Source: the human T2T-CHM13v2.0 reference genome, Homo sapiens. Taken from it: a DNA stretch of 64,000 nt. Every line of letters starts with the position of its first letter. The first letter of the stretch is position 1. Below, piece by piece: positions 13,191-29,681 of this stretch. The stretch lies in the NCBI RefSeq assembly GCF_009914755.1, contig NC_060926.1; one strand, given 5' to 3'. The position numbers were made by a program, and so were the translations under genes. The notes under the pieces were generated by a model that saw only the letters and a list, made by a program, of their open reading frames with translations, did no database searches and was not told the DNA's origin.

Positions 13191-13910
13191 CCTAAAAATA
13201 AAAAAATAGATATATCTTTAAAACAACATGTAAGTCAAACAAACTACTTTTGGTAAGGAAATTCAGCCTTATAAAAGTGCAAAAAATTTACCAAAACACA
13301 AAAGTGGTTTACCAGTCTGTTACATACCATCATCTATGCTGGGTTGAGAAATTAAAGGATATTTATTTGTCAGATTGATTTAAATTAAAGAATAAAATAA
13401 CTCAGTTCCTGGTGGGTTGGTTTCCACACTGGAGCAATGGAGAGACTCCTAAAATAAAGGTAAAATAAAGGATATCTATTTAGATGAGAGGAGGAAACAA
13501 ACAAATAAAAGCTCCTCAACCAACCAGAGAAAATTAATCCCTCTTTCCAGTCTTCACTGTTTTTCATTTTGCTTTGCTTTGTTTCCTTAAGGAAATTTAA
13601 AACATAGTGGAAGTCACGATGGCATGGAAATGATGGCTGGGAAAGCATCCCGGTACCTTTTCATGTTGCCTGAATCTCGCTCAAGATATCAGTTTCCAAT
13701 GGAATGGGGAAATCTGTGTAAACCAAATAGAATATTAAAGTACACGAACAAGCAGCCTGAAAAAAAAAGTTCAATAAAGTAAATGAACAAATATATAAAA
13801 CAGATAGCCAACTTCACCAGTAAAGAAATGCAAACTAAACCACAAGGAGATTGAAATGTTAAAAATCGATTGGATTGGTAAAGACTAAAAAGGTTGATAA
13901 TGCTCAGTAG

Positions 13911-14327
<417 letters not shown>

Positions 14328-14965
14328 ATGGTACAACCGTTTCAGACAGCAATTTGACACCACCCAGCAATGCATACCCTTTGATCCAGCAATTCCATTC
14401 CCAGGAATTTATCCTAAATGTGAAAGTATATGTAGAAGCTCAAGCATATTCACTGCAGCCTTTTGGGAATAATGGGAAAATTAGAAATCTCAATGTACAC
14501 AAGAGAGGGCTGGCTACATAAACAAATAAATGAGAACAAACACGTGGTGCCTGCTTATTCTGTGCCAGCATTCTTCTAGGAGCTCTATGCACATGAAGTC
14601 ACGTGATCTCTCAAGATCCCTTAGACTTGGTTCCTGTCTTAGGAGAGTTCAGCCTTACAAACAAATATCACTCAGCCATCAAAAAGCTCAGGAATAGGTC
14701 CAGATGTGCTGACACAAAAAATACTCATGACATGGAAGTGATAAAAGGAAGTTTCAGGGAAAGCTATGGAGCACAATCTCATTTATGATTTAAAAAGAGA
14801 CTGTGCATACATGTTTATATTTATACAGAAAATGTCTGGAAAGATAAACCAGAAGGAAACAGTTAACAGAGAAATCCTCTGGAGAAAGCCAGGGAAGGGA
14901 GGAGAACCCTCCATTTTTTACCTAATATCTTTCTTTTTGGTTTTATTTTTAAAAAATAAAGCCCA

Positions 14966-15606
14966 GAGTCAGCCAAACTGCAAAGGCTGAGGTCACAATT
15001 CCTAACCCTGCTTTCATTTTGGACACTGACCTCAACTTTGGGGGATTCCCCAAACTACTCTCAGATTGGATAATTCACTAGGAGGACCCGCTGAATTTAT
15101 TGAAAGCTATTATACTCATGGTTTTGATTTATTATAGAGAAAAGATACAGATTAGAATTAGCCAAAGAAAGAGACACACAGGGCAGTCTGGGAGGCTTAT
15201 CAAACATGAAGCTTCCATTGTCCTCTCCTGTGGAGTTAGAACACATTACCTTCCTGGCATCTGTGTGTGAGGATACACCTTGAGTACTGTCAACCAAAGA
15301 GGTACAAGCAAATTTCAGTGTCCAGAGTTTTTATTGGAGCTTCATTCTGTAGGCCTGATGGGTTTATTGATTGCCCACATGGCTGATCTCATTCTGAAAG
15401 TCAGCTGACACTACATGACCCAAATTCTCACCCTAAATCACACTGCTGGGTCTTTCTGGCATGGCCAGTATGTACCCCAGGATCCAGTGTGGTTATCTCA
15501 TCCCCTAAACCAAGATACTCTTATAAGTTATGACTGAGGTTAATCCCAGAAGCTGAGGGCAAAGGCCAGATCACCCTCTGGGCAAGACCAAATGCTTCAC
15601 TACACA
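14966..15606. mobile_element. MER21-like ERV LTR
   Basis: ataattcactaggaggac...gaaagctattatactcatggttttgatttattatagagaaaagatacagattagaattagccaa resembles MER21. Confidence 0.65.
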
Positions 15607-15607
15607 T

Positions 15608-16292
15608 TGTTAGAATGAAGACATGGAATAGCCATGTGGCTAATTGTTTTTCCACGTGCTGCCTGGTGCATGGGCCAGTTTCTAAGCTGTGTGTTTATGT
15701 AAGATGATTCATCTTCACTGAGACGCTCTGATCATGTGGACTTTTGTTTTGTGTTTTCTTAGATTCTGTATTTGTCTGTTTGGTATTCATTAGTCACAAG
15801 GCCAAATTAATGGCCATGATTATTTCTATTTCCTCTGCAATCCAGGTTTCCCAGATGCACAAAAATCATATTACAAACCCTCTAACCAATCATTTGAGTC
15901 CATACTCCCAAACACTTCCTTATCTCACTCTTACACACCAGCCAGTATTTCCTCTGCCCGAAATCACCCAGGGCCAGGTACCAGACAACTACAGACCACT
16001 CCTATAGCCCAGAGCCTGCCCAAATTATTTGAAATAGCCAATCCTACACTGTTTCTCCTGCCCCGCCTTGTTTTTCCCAAGGCAACCGCAATAAACGCTG
16101 TGGCCTGGGCTTTCTTCTCACCACTTCTCCTTCCTGACCTAACCTGGTGCTTCCCCATGTGGCCCTGCATGCATGATGTGCCCTCATCCCTTGGCAAATA
16201 CAACTCATAAATTCTTCTTCCAATGACATGGCCTCTCCATGTCATCACTCAATCCCCTCCCTGAATTAGAATCTCCAGTAAAATTGAAACAG
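15608..16292 (+). mobile_element. ERVL LTR (MER73/MER74/MER54-like)
   Basis: ccagggccaggtaccagacaact...agccaatcct...caataaacgct (CCAAT box and poly(A) signal), ending aaattgaaaca. Confidence 0.6.
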
Positions 16293-16394
16293 CTTTTAAA
16301 TCTCTGATCTATAGGCCTGGGTTTCAGTAGGTCAATAGTCCTTACTGCCTGGTGCAGGCCTGGGCTCATGCATACTTGTTAAATCTAATGAACA

Positions 16395-16680
16395 GTCTGG
16401 GTGCAGTGACTCATGCCTGTAATCCCAGCACTGTGGGAGACAGGGGAAGACAGTTTGCTTGAGCCCAGGAGTTTGAGACCAGACTGGGACACATGGCAAA
16501 ACCCCATCTCTACCAAAAATACGAAAATTACTCAGGCATGGTGGCATGCGCCAGTAGTCCCAGCTACTCAGAAGGCTGACACAGGAGGATCGCTTGAGCC
16601 CAGGAGGTGAGCTGTGATGGGGGCCACTGCACTTCAGCCTGGGTGACACAGCAAGACCCTGTCTCAAAAAAAAAAAAATA
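16395..16680 (+). mobile_element. AluJ SINE
   Basis: J-type dimer (cttgagcccagga in both arms) with poly(A). Confidence 0.9.
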
Positions 16681-17600
16681 TATAATAAATTTTACACTAT
16701 CAGTTTTTGCTCTAGTGATGAAGGAGATAAATTATTCATCTTGCTTAATGCAATCAGTACTTGATGTGGAATCTGAAAATATGTTAAGCTACTTTCAGAA
16801 ATGCTCATCAGCCTGCATATCTGCACTGTAAAAGTTCCGTCCTAACTTGTTCAGTGTTCTTTTATCACCCTCCTTTCTCCTCCTTCTTCCCCACACCCTG
16901 CCCCTAATTCATTTAGTTAAGCAAATAACCTGTATCCACTGCCAATAACTAAATCTGCCTGGATCACCTTAGAAGCTAAAACCCAGAATGAAAAAAAAAA
17001 GTTATGCTTCTTTCATTTGGGCTTGTTGCATGGTTTACTTTAGGCTCTGAGTAAGTGCTATTTTATTATTGTTTTTGCTTGTTACTATCAGGGGATTTCA
17101 GGAACTGATTTTAATATAAATGCCTTAATTGTACTCTCAGGAAAAGATATGAAAACAGAAAACCTGATAAATCAGTTGATTCTGTAACTCTCCACATTGT
17201 TGTCATCTGTGAAACTGACTTAGCAGTCCCCACGATGAGGTCTGGCCATATTCCCACATTTTCAGGGACACAAGGTGTAAAGATATGAAGGAACTGGAAA
17301 GGACAAAAAGTGTGAAAAAATATCAACAAATTTAAGCCTCCAGTGATAAATATGGGTAAAGTGCTGAAGTGATAGACGAATAAGGTTAACAAAGGCCAAG
17401 CCATAAAGGATGAGGAATATTTTGGGTTTTAATAATACAGGTGAGCTTTTACAGAAAAAAAAGTTACTGCCTCAGGCAAGAGTAACTGTTTATGGTGGGT
17501 TTCCAATAATTCTCAAAGTTTGATCCAGTTAAGAACTCAAATTCTGAACCAGAAAGTTTAAAAAACATTTTAAAGAAGAAAACCTTAAAATAGCTATTTA

Positions 17601-17911
17601 GGCTGGGCATAGTGGCTGATGCCTATAATCCTAGCACTTTTGGGAGGTCGAGGTGGGAGGATCACTTGAGGTCAGGAGTTTGAGACCGGCCTGGGTAACA
17701 TAGCAAGACCCCCATCTCTACAAAAAAATAAAAAAATAGTTGGGCATGGTGGTGGTATGCGCCTGTAGTCCTAGCTACTTGGGAGGCTGATGCAGTAGGA
17801 TCACTTGAGACCAAGAGTTTGAGGCTGCAGTGAGCCATGATTGTACTACTGTACTCCAGCCTGGGTGACAGACCATGACTTTGTCTCTAAAAAATTTTTT
17901 TAATAAAATAA
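17601..17911 (+). mobile_element. AluJo-like SINE
   Basis: aacatagcaagacccc and tttgaggctgcagtgagccatga. Confidence 0.9.
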
Positions 17912-18199
17912 GATGGTTGTTTAGAAATACTGACATTCTCTTCTCTATAGATGAGTTATTAAAACATTATTTTATTTTTAATATCCCACTTAGCCAAACT
18001 GCACTAGAAAACCAGAAGAATCTAGTTCTAGAAAACACTTTGCTTTTGTAATACTCTTCGGTATTTAACAGTACTTAACAAGCTAGTAAGGAACCATAGC
18101 TTTACAGCCAAGTGGGGGATGGGGAATTGTTTTTGCTAAGCCAGGATGAAGGTGTTAGTTATATATGCTCTTGAGCATAGCAAGTTCTGTGAACTCAGA

Positions 18200-18950
18200 T
18201 GTATCTGGAGGCTTTTAGCCGCAAGTTACAGAATATTCAACTACAAGTGACTGAAATCATGAGGGCATTTAATTCTTACACAAAAGATGACGTCTGTGGG
18301 CGGCTGCTCCAACCCGGATTGGCTAACAGTCTAGGGGCTGCTTCTCTGCCTCTCGGTTTTCCTTTCCATAGCTCCAAATACAGTCCTTCATCAAATCTAT
18401 TTTCAAATAAAAAAAAGGAATGATGTCCAGCGGGCCCTGGAATTCACCCCAAGCCCTCGCAGGAGGAGGAGGGTGAATGGATAGCTTGGCCAGGCACCGT
18501 GGCTCACGCCTGTAATCCCAGCACTTTGGGAGGCTGAGGCGGGTGGATCCCTTGAGCCCAGGAGGCAAAAGTTGCAGTGAGCAACCCCTGCACTCCAGCC
18601 AGGGCAACAGAGCAAGACCTTGTCTCAAAACATTAAAAAAAAGAGACAAAATGGATAGCTTTTCTTGTCTCCCTTTTTGTATCAGGGAGGAAAAATTTCC
18701 CTGGCAAAGCTTTGCCAAGCCTGCTCCCCAGACCCTCATACTTTCCAGGCCAGAGCTGGCTCACCTGCCTAGCCCTATCACTGGCAAAGGAGAAGTGGGA
18801 TATCATGATGAATTTAGAGCCATAATGATTCATTTTCTGAAGCTGAGCACACTCGCTGTCTATGGAGCAAAATGAGATTTTGTTGGCAAGGAAAAGGGGG
18901 GTGTGGTGGGTTTGTGAGACGGCGATGGTTAAACAATCAATAGTGTTTGT
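18200..18950 (-). mobile_element. Old MLT1J/K-like LTR interrupted by an Alu
   Basis: ttagccgcaagttacagaa...; ...aaaatgagattttgttggcaaggaaaagggg...caatagtgtttgtga resemble MLT1J/K termini. Confidence 0.5.
18488..18649 (+). mobile_element. Monomeric Alu (left-arm 5' part joined to right-arm 3' part)
   Basis: About 160 bp, with perfect TSD AATGGATAGCTT at 18476-18487 and 18650-18661. Confidence 0.88.
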
Positions 18951-20344
18951 GATGTCTGGAGGCATTAACAGGTGAAAGGTGGGACCCTGGTCCCAATGCC
19001 TGAGTTCATCATTACTATTCAATGAGTGCATAATAAGGAAATACATCTTCCATTTGCTATATTGTCAAATTGGATAAAGCCCTCAGTCAAACCAGATATC
19101 CTACGTGGCTTTGTAGGAGTTAAGTCACAGAATAGGCTCCTTCCTTGGAAATAAAACTTGACCAAGTCTCTTCCCTAGAAATACAGTTCTTCATTAAATC
19201 TATTTTCAAGTTTAAAGTAATGATGTCCCAAGGTCCTTGGAATTCACCCCAAAATGACGCAAATACAATAAGCCAAATGGCTGAAATCACTTACACACAA
19301 CATTTGACCAAAGCAAATCAGCTTGCTCTCATGCTGTGATCAGAAGAGCAGCAAACTGGAGGCTTTGTTTGAAGCAAAAAGAACACTGAATTCTAAAGAC
19401 AAGGATCCTCAGGGGGAGAAGAGAGAGATTAGTAAACAGGGTTAGTTAATCCACTCAGACAAGAGCCTCAAAAGTTCAAGGGGTGGTCTGTTGCCTGCAC
19501 TTCCATGGGATTTCAAAGGATTGCAGTGAGAGGCCGGGAACCAAACACGTCACTCTCCGCAGCCGCTGTCCCATTTATATCATTGATATCAGCAGCCAGG
19601 ACTGCTCTATTCTACGAAAGGGATGGAACTTTCTCGAAGAAGTGTAGTTGCCCCAAATAGAGACTGCTCAGATTTGGCGGGCCTCTTGAGAGCAAGAACT
19701 GAGGAATCTTATCACAAAAATGGGAAGATAAAAGGCAGAGCCTAATGAGAGAACACTGAAACCCTCGTATTTTTTATTCCCTGGAGCAAAGTAAAGAACA
19801 GGCATAGAGGAGTCAGAGGGCCTGGTTCTCCTAGGACTGACCCCCACTGGGAAGCGCTGTAGACCGCCCAGGTTGATAAAATGTTGTCACCCTGTGAAAG
19901 CAACACAATCCAGTAACTAAAGCGTTCATGAACGGGGGGCCCTGCAGGGTTCTGTGTTAGCTCTTGGAATCTAGGTTCAAAAAACAAAAAACAACAGGGC
20001 ACGTTGAAGAGGGCTGTGTCAAAATTTCTCCTTTCCCTTCACACCCACGCCTTCCACACCCACTCTGCTGATGGCGTTCACTCCAATTTCATTGAGAAAA
20101 TGGAAGCTACACATCTAGCCCTGCCTTCCCTCCTATTTACTGGAAGCATTCCTGCTTCTACCAACTGTCAGTCCCTCCACCTATGCTCCAGTTCTCATCC
20201 CCTGTAGCTTCTTAAGGACTGGGTCTCTTTCGTCACCCCTCTCCCTCTTGCTTCATCAGCCTCCAGCTCTCCTCCTCTCGGGAACATTCCCCTCAACATC
20301 CAGACATGCCCCGGCACGCTCCGTTGCTAAAAAATCTACAGCCA

Positions 20345-20378
20345 GCCAACCAACCAACCAACCAACCAACCAACCAAC
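20345..20378 (+). repeat. (CCAA)n microsatellite within L2-like sequence
   Basis: ccaaccaaccaacc... about 8 units. Confidence 0.9.
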
Positions 20379-20499
20379 AAGAAAACCTCTTTGCTTCCCA
20401 TCTCCCCCATTTCCATTTCTCTTGTCCCCTTTCTGGCAAAACTTCTCAAAAGAGTAATCTGAACTTGCTTTCAAATTAAACAGAACTTGTCCAGCAGCA

Positions 20500-21477
<978 letters not shown>

Positions 21478-21769
21478 TCGGCAGTTTTTTTGCTGCGATT
21501 TGCTGGCCCCTCCTCTTTCCAGAGACCTTTTGCATCAGGCTCATTTCTGGGCCTTCTCCTCTTTCTGTTCTCACCTGTCTAAGGTGAGCTATTCTGGCCC
21601 TCAGGTTTTAAGTAATATCCATATAGTAATGATTCTAAATTTATATACCTGCTTTCTCAAACTTTCCTCTGAGCTTCCAATTGAGACACAACAATTGGTC
21701 TTGGTATCTACCCAGTCTGATATCTACCCAAGAGTGTTTAATGGCCATCTCCAACCTATCCTCAAGACA

Positions 21770-23010
<1,241 letters not shown>

Positions 23011-23415
23011 TACATTCAAAACAGTTTCTTGATTCCCGCCTCCGCACACACTCTCACACCTGTTTGACTCCCAAGTCTTTCCCATCTCAGTCAATGGCAC
23101 CACCATGCATCCACGTGCTTAGGCTAAAAACCTACAAATCATTCTTGATTCTTTCCTTCCCAACTTGCATCCAGCCCATCAATATGTCTTCTCAATCCTT
23201 CCTCCAGCGAACAGTGCAAATCAGGTTGCATCTTTCTGTTTCTACTAAGTTCGAGAGTGAATCTCGTTGGTACTACTATAACTGTTGTACCTTTTGTCCT
23301 CTACAATGGAACAGGCGTGAGTGACCACACTCAGCCCGAGTGGGTTTTTTATGACATGTTGAAATCAGATGGGGATGAAGCTTCAGTGTAAATCTCTTAG
23401 GAGAAAAGTAAAGCC

Positions 23416-23900
<485 letters not shown>

Positions 23901-24621
23901 GTCTATCAGGCCATGCTGCCCTGGACAGTCATGGCTGTAGGCTGCAGTTCTCTGGCCCCTGACCTCCCTGCTTCCCGCTCCCCCAGCCTCTCCTCCTCCT
24001 CTCCTCTGTACGTCAGCCAGCACCTCAGCTTCGTCCTCACAGGGGACTCTCACGGCTGGAAAGACTTGGTAAGATGGCAGAGGGGTTCGGAAGCCAGGTT
24101 ATTTTTCAAAGTCTAGCTCTCATGTTCAAAACCCTCTAATGGCTATTTCAGTTAGAGTAAAATCCCAGTTCTTTATCATACATGCAAGGTCCTGCCTGAT
24201 CCCCTCTCTCATTGTGCTTCAGGCTCTTTCCTGTCTCACAGCCTCTACGTTTGCTGGTCCTCCTGCCTGGGAGGCTCCCACCACACTTGCTTTGACGGCT
24301 GGATCATTTCCACTTAAGTCTTGGCTTAAATGAATTATCATTTAACTTAAATAAGTTATCAAATATGATGTAATAATTCTAGATGTATTTTTACATTGCT
24401 TTCAAATCTTCAGTTCTTTAAGAGGAAATTACATAACAAGATGTATAGGATGATCCAATTAATATGTAGATGTATACATATTTGTAAATATATTGATAAC
24501 TATTTAGAAGGATACATACCAGTTAACTGAGGTTACCTCTGGGGTCACACTCTATTGTTCTGCAAGGTAGTTTTTCACAAAGCAGTGTGATTAAGAAATC
24601 TCTCTATGCCAGCTCATATAA

Positions 24622-24939
<318 letters not shown>

Positions 24940-26659
24940 AAGGATGTACTTTATTCTTTTAATGGCCGACAGTATTCTTTTGTATGGATGTATTACAGTA
25001 CATGTCACCATTTTCCTGTATTGATGCACATTTAAATAGTTTCTAATTGTTTTTGCTACTACAATTGAATCTTACTATAACTGATATGTATTTCAATTCT
25101 TTGGATCATAGAAAATAATTTACCTTCTCTTCTACAGGAGCCAGTTCTTTATTATAGTTTGAAATAATATTATAGTATGAAATAATATACCCTGTTCAAT
25201 TGTGAAATGTGGTCATTCTAAGCATGAACAATTTTTTTGTGTGCACTTTATATGTTGATATAATTTCTAGTCAACATCTTTAAAATTTTACTGAACATAT
25301 GCAGTTTATGAAGCCTCAATATTCTCATTTCTTTAGGATGAGTACTTCTTTATGATTTTTCTGGTACTAATAATTTGGAGAAGAGAGAGTAAGGTTAAAA
25401 AAAAAAGAGAGAACCACAAGGATGTTTGTTTTCTCATCTCTACTTACCCTTAATCGTTTACTTTTTTTTAAAAAGAAACTGCTTCTGAGTGTACTAGGCA
25501 GGATTCAATGGGAAAATCATGAATTGCTGAAAATTTTCAAGCTTATTTGATCAAAACTGATGGAATCTTCATTGTACTCACCCAACCTTGTTTTATTCAT
25601 TAAGGCCAATATGAATCATTCAATGCAAAGAATGCTATACTGTACTGGTTTTAAAATTATGGACAATCTTTTTTTTTTTTACAGAGGAAATAATTAGCTC
25701 TGCAATTCTGGTTAGGTAATTTATCTGTATCTGTACAAGAAAATGAATAATGGCAGAGAAAACCAGAGACGTACGCTGTAGCCAGATCATCAGCTGTTAA
25801 GCTGAGATGTTTGGACTTCCTGACTCTTTTTCTTTTTTTTCTTGGTTGTCCAAGACCCCCTAAAGCACTTCAGTAACACTGTGTTCAATAGAATTTTGTG
25901 GCTACTCTGAAAGTCTAATCACAATTTTCTGTGAGAAAATTAATTCCAACTTACAAATAACTAATTTATAAATTAATTTTTGGCAGTTTATTATTTCACT
26001 ACTGGTCATTGTGGTTAGTATTATTTAATCTAGCTATGTGACTTCAGGTAAGCCACTTAATCTTCCGCCTTCTCAGTAACTTCTTTCATAGTAGATGAGT
26101 TAAGCAAGATACTCTCAAACGACATTTTCAGTCTGAAAATTCAGTGATTTACCTGAAATCCTGACGTGTTATTAGCAAGATGTCAACACTTACCACTCAA
26201 TACCCAAATTTCCTTTCAGAGTATTCTTTAGCAACGTTAAAATATTAACATTTCTTCCTCAGGGTAGGTAAAGTAACAGAAAAACATGCTCCGTAATTTC
26301 CTTGTGTGTTATATATAAAGATTGGGCCTGTTAATGGTGCTTCCTTTTAGGTGATGTTAAAAAGAACTGTACGGGAATTGGCATTTCTTGAGCGGCTTAT
26401 ATCTGGAATTCTCCTCAGTCCTTTGATACTAGGCCATTTAATCCACACATTAGCGTTATCTTCATTATACATAGGAAGAATATAAGGCCGGAAGAGTTAA
26501 CTCACACAAGATGACATCTAAGTGGCGGAAGTGGAATCTGATTCCAGATCTGATCAAAAGCTCTTTCCACTCTATAAAGCTGTGTTCATAACACAACAGG
26601 AGTTATAAACTCCAAATATAGTATAACGGAAACGAGTACAGAAAACGTGTCTACGTATT

Positions 26660-27115
26660 TGCTAGGGTAAAAAGCTAAGCTGTTACGATGGAAATATGGT
26701 AGCTCAAATACAGTAGCTTAAAGAACACTCAAATTCATTTTTCTTTTTCTTTCATGTACCAGCCCCAAGGTAAGCAGCCAAGTTACTGGGTAGCTCTGCT
26801 CCCCACAGTCATTCAGGGACCCAAGTTGCTGCCATGCTGCTCCACTGTCCCCTGGGTGTTGTCCCCGTATGCATTATTAATGACATGTGCTCTTCCAGAG
26901 CATGTGAGGGGAGCATGCATCCAGGTGTGTAAGACCTATCTCTGGAATCAGCCTGCATCACTTTGTTCATATTCCACCGATGAGAACTTAGTCATGTGGC
27001 CTTCATCTGGCTGCAAGGAAGCCGGGAAACAGTCTACAGCAGGACAGCCACGCACCCCTCTGTACTCTACTCAAATTAGAAAGAGGAACGCGTTCTGGCA
27101 GACAACTAGCACCCC
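26660..27115 (-). mobile_element. Old MLT1-like LTR
   Basis: cagtcattcagggacccaag...catcactttgttcatattcca...gaacttagtcatgtggcc...gctgcaaggaagccgggaaa. Confidence 0.6.
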
Positions 27116-27699
27116 CTCAGACCTCCTCCAATATCCTTTCCTCAGTGTTAAATCAACATAGACAGGATGAAACAATCTGCAAATAACCCCCTTCAAACAG
27201 ATAGGAGTTTATTACGATCCCAAACACAGTGTTTTATAAAACTGTATCAAGAGGACCAGGGAAATATGCTATCATGTAACTAAATGAAGATGTGACCTAT
27301 TCCTTGTACCCTATGGCAACCAAAATGCGTTATCTCACCAGGAAAAAAAAAAAAAGGCAATTTATAAGACCAGAGGAAGAAGAGTCAAAGAATAGGACAT
27401 CTCACTGTTTGTCCATCTTTCCCAGGTTCTGTGGAAACAGAACGCACTGATTCACTGATGAGCTCCGTGGAGCTTCAAACACAGGCCACATACACGGGCA
27501 CCTTATGAAGACTGCTTCCTACTTAGTTGCTTGCCAAAGTGTGAAAGCAACTCTATAATCCATAGTAAGAAAGAAGATACAGAAATGTTCCCCTGGAATG
27601 GCATTGAATAAGCCATTCTCTGATACAAGCAGCATACATTTAGAATGAAAGGAAGAAATGGATTGGAGAATCCCAACTCATATGACTGAGTTCCTTTCC

Positions 27700-27819
27700 T
27701 TTTTTTATTTTTTGTAGAGACAGGGTATTGCTATGTTGCCCAGGTTGGTCTCAAACTACTGGGCCTGCCTTGGCCTTCCAAAGTGATGGGATTACAGGCG
27801 TGAGGAAATGTGCCTGGCC
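27700..27819 (-). mobile_element. FLAM_C-like Alu monomer
   Basis: Antisense left monomer, flanked by AGTTCCT on both sides. Confidence 0.8.
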
Positions 27820-28189
27820 AGTTCCTCTAAGGTTTCATTAAGAAGTCTGTTGGTCATTCTAGAGCTGGTGGAAGTCTGTGATGCTGATTAGGCAAATCGT
27901 TATCTCCTATTCTCATGTTTCTTTAGAAGAAATACCCATAATTTAGTATTTGTGCTCATGTTTTCATTGTGACCTTACAGAGAAAGAATAATAAACTGAC
28001 TTGTTGATTAAGTAGACAGAAGTATCCTCAATCGGGGATACTTTAGATCCATTTAGAGAGAGATCCTGGAAGTGATTTCCTAAAGAACATTTATGTTGCT
28101 CTCTTCTAATTTTACAAAGCAACATTCTATAGTTTTGTCTCTCGAGTGGACACAAGAAGCAAGCACCTCAAACAAGTTAAAAGAATTGC

Positions 28190-28430
28190 TAACATTTGTT
28201 GAGCACTTACTAGGTACTAAGCAGCTTTAGCCTTTTCCATGTATACATAAGTTAATTTAACCCTCACAAAAACCCCATGAGGGTGGTCCTATTATCCCCA
28301 TTTTACAGGCGAGGAAACAGATTCTGAGTGGTTAAGTAGCTTGTATAACTAAGGTCATACAACTAGGAAGTGGTACAGTCAGGTACAGAGCCTGGCCTCC
28401 TGACTCCTGAGGATGGGCCTTAACCAGCAT
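28190..28430 (-). mobile_element. MIR SINE
   Basis: attatccccattttacaggcgaggaaacagattctgagtggttaagtagcttg...aaggtcataca. Confidence 0.85.
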
Positions 28431-28813
28431 CTGTTACTGATATATCAGGAACATCTACTGTAAGTGAAGAACTTGCCATTCTAATTTATAAATTAGGCTC
28501 TTAGATGTTTGGAAAGTGTTATAACACGGCATTGCTGAGCTGAAGAAAATCAGTTCCTAGACCTGCAGGGCCAAAGAGCAGATTAGATGTGTGGTTTGAG
28601 AACTCTGTGAAGCGCTTGCTGCCTGGGTGGTCACGTGAGTCCCTTTTTTGTATTTCCTAATTGCAACACAAGGCTTTTCACTGAAGCACTAATTTACAAG
28701 TGGTTTGGGAAATTCATAGACCATGAAGGTGATTCAAGAACGGTCAGTTTTTATAAGGGGCCCAAAACCAGTTAGGAAGACAAAAAAGTCACTCAAAAGT
28801 CAAACCCAGCTCT

Positions 28814-28819
28814 TTTATT
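28814..28819 (-). terminator. OLA1: Distal OLA1 polyadenylation signal AATAAA
   Basis: tttatt on the + strand. Downstream on the minus strand is U/GU-rich (tttgacttttgagtgacttttttgtctt). This gives a ~3 kb 3' UTR, consistent with the long OLA1 mRNA as I recall it. Confidence 0.7.
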
Positions 28820-29337
28820 TTATCACCACAGTGTATTTTACAAGCTTAAAATAAGTTGAAATGAATTTTCCCAGCTAAAGTAGTTTGCCATTAGGAACAA
28901 CCAACATTTCTCAAGTCTCTTGTAAAATAAAAAGAGCATCAAGTGAATTTAAGTAGACTAATCAGAACAATAGAAGAGGCAGGAGGAGGAGATACCGTCT
29001 CTGACTCTCTGAATGAAAGGAGACGGGGTTTACAAAGGAGCTTTGGAAATATTATACACAGACAACTAGAGACAAACATCAAACTGGAATTCTAATATAG
29101 GAATATTGATGAATCATGAGTAAGGGGACTTATTCCACCAATGAAACTGGCAAGTTATAAGTGAACAGAGGCTTCACTCATAACTAAGTTAGCGACAAAA
29201 ACTATTTGTGCTTCCTTGGGAGATCCGGCTCTGCTCTGAGCCATATGCAAAATGCATGTTATGAAGATAACATGATAAAACACAACTAAATGCTATTACA
29301 ATCTTTCTTCAAGCTTTGGGCACAAGCCTTCTCAAGT

Positions 29338-29681
<344 letters not shown>

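Noticed and set aside
18702-18717. Perfect 16-bp palindrome tggcaaagctttgcca
   Set aside because: The spacing does not fit a full NFI site, it lies within LTR-like sequence, and an isolated palindrome of this size can arise by chance.
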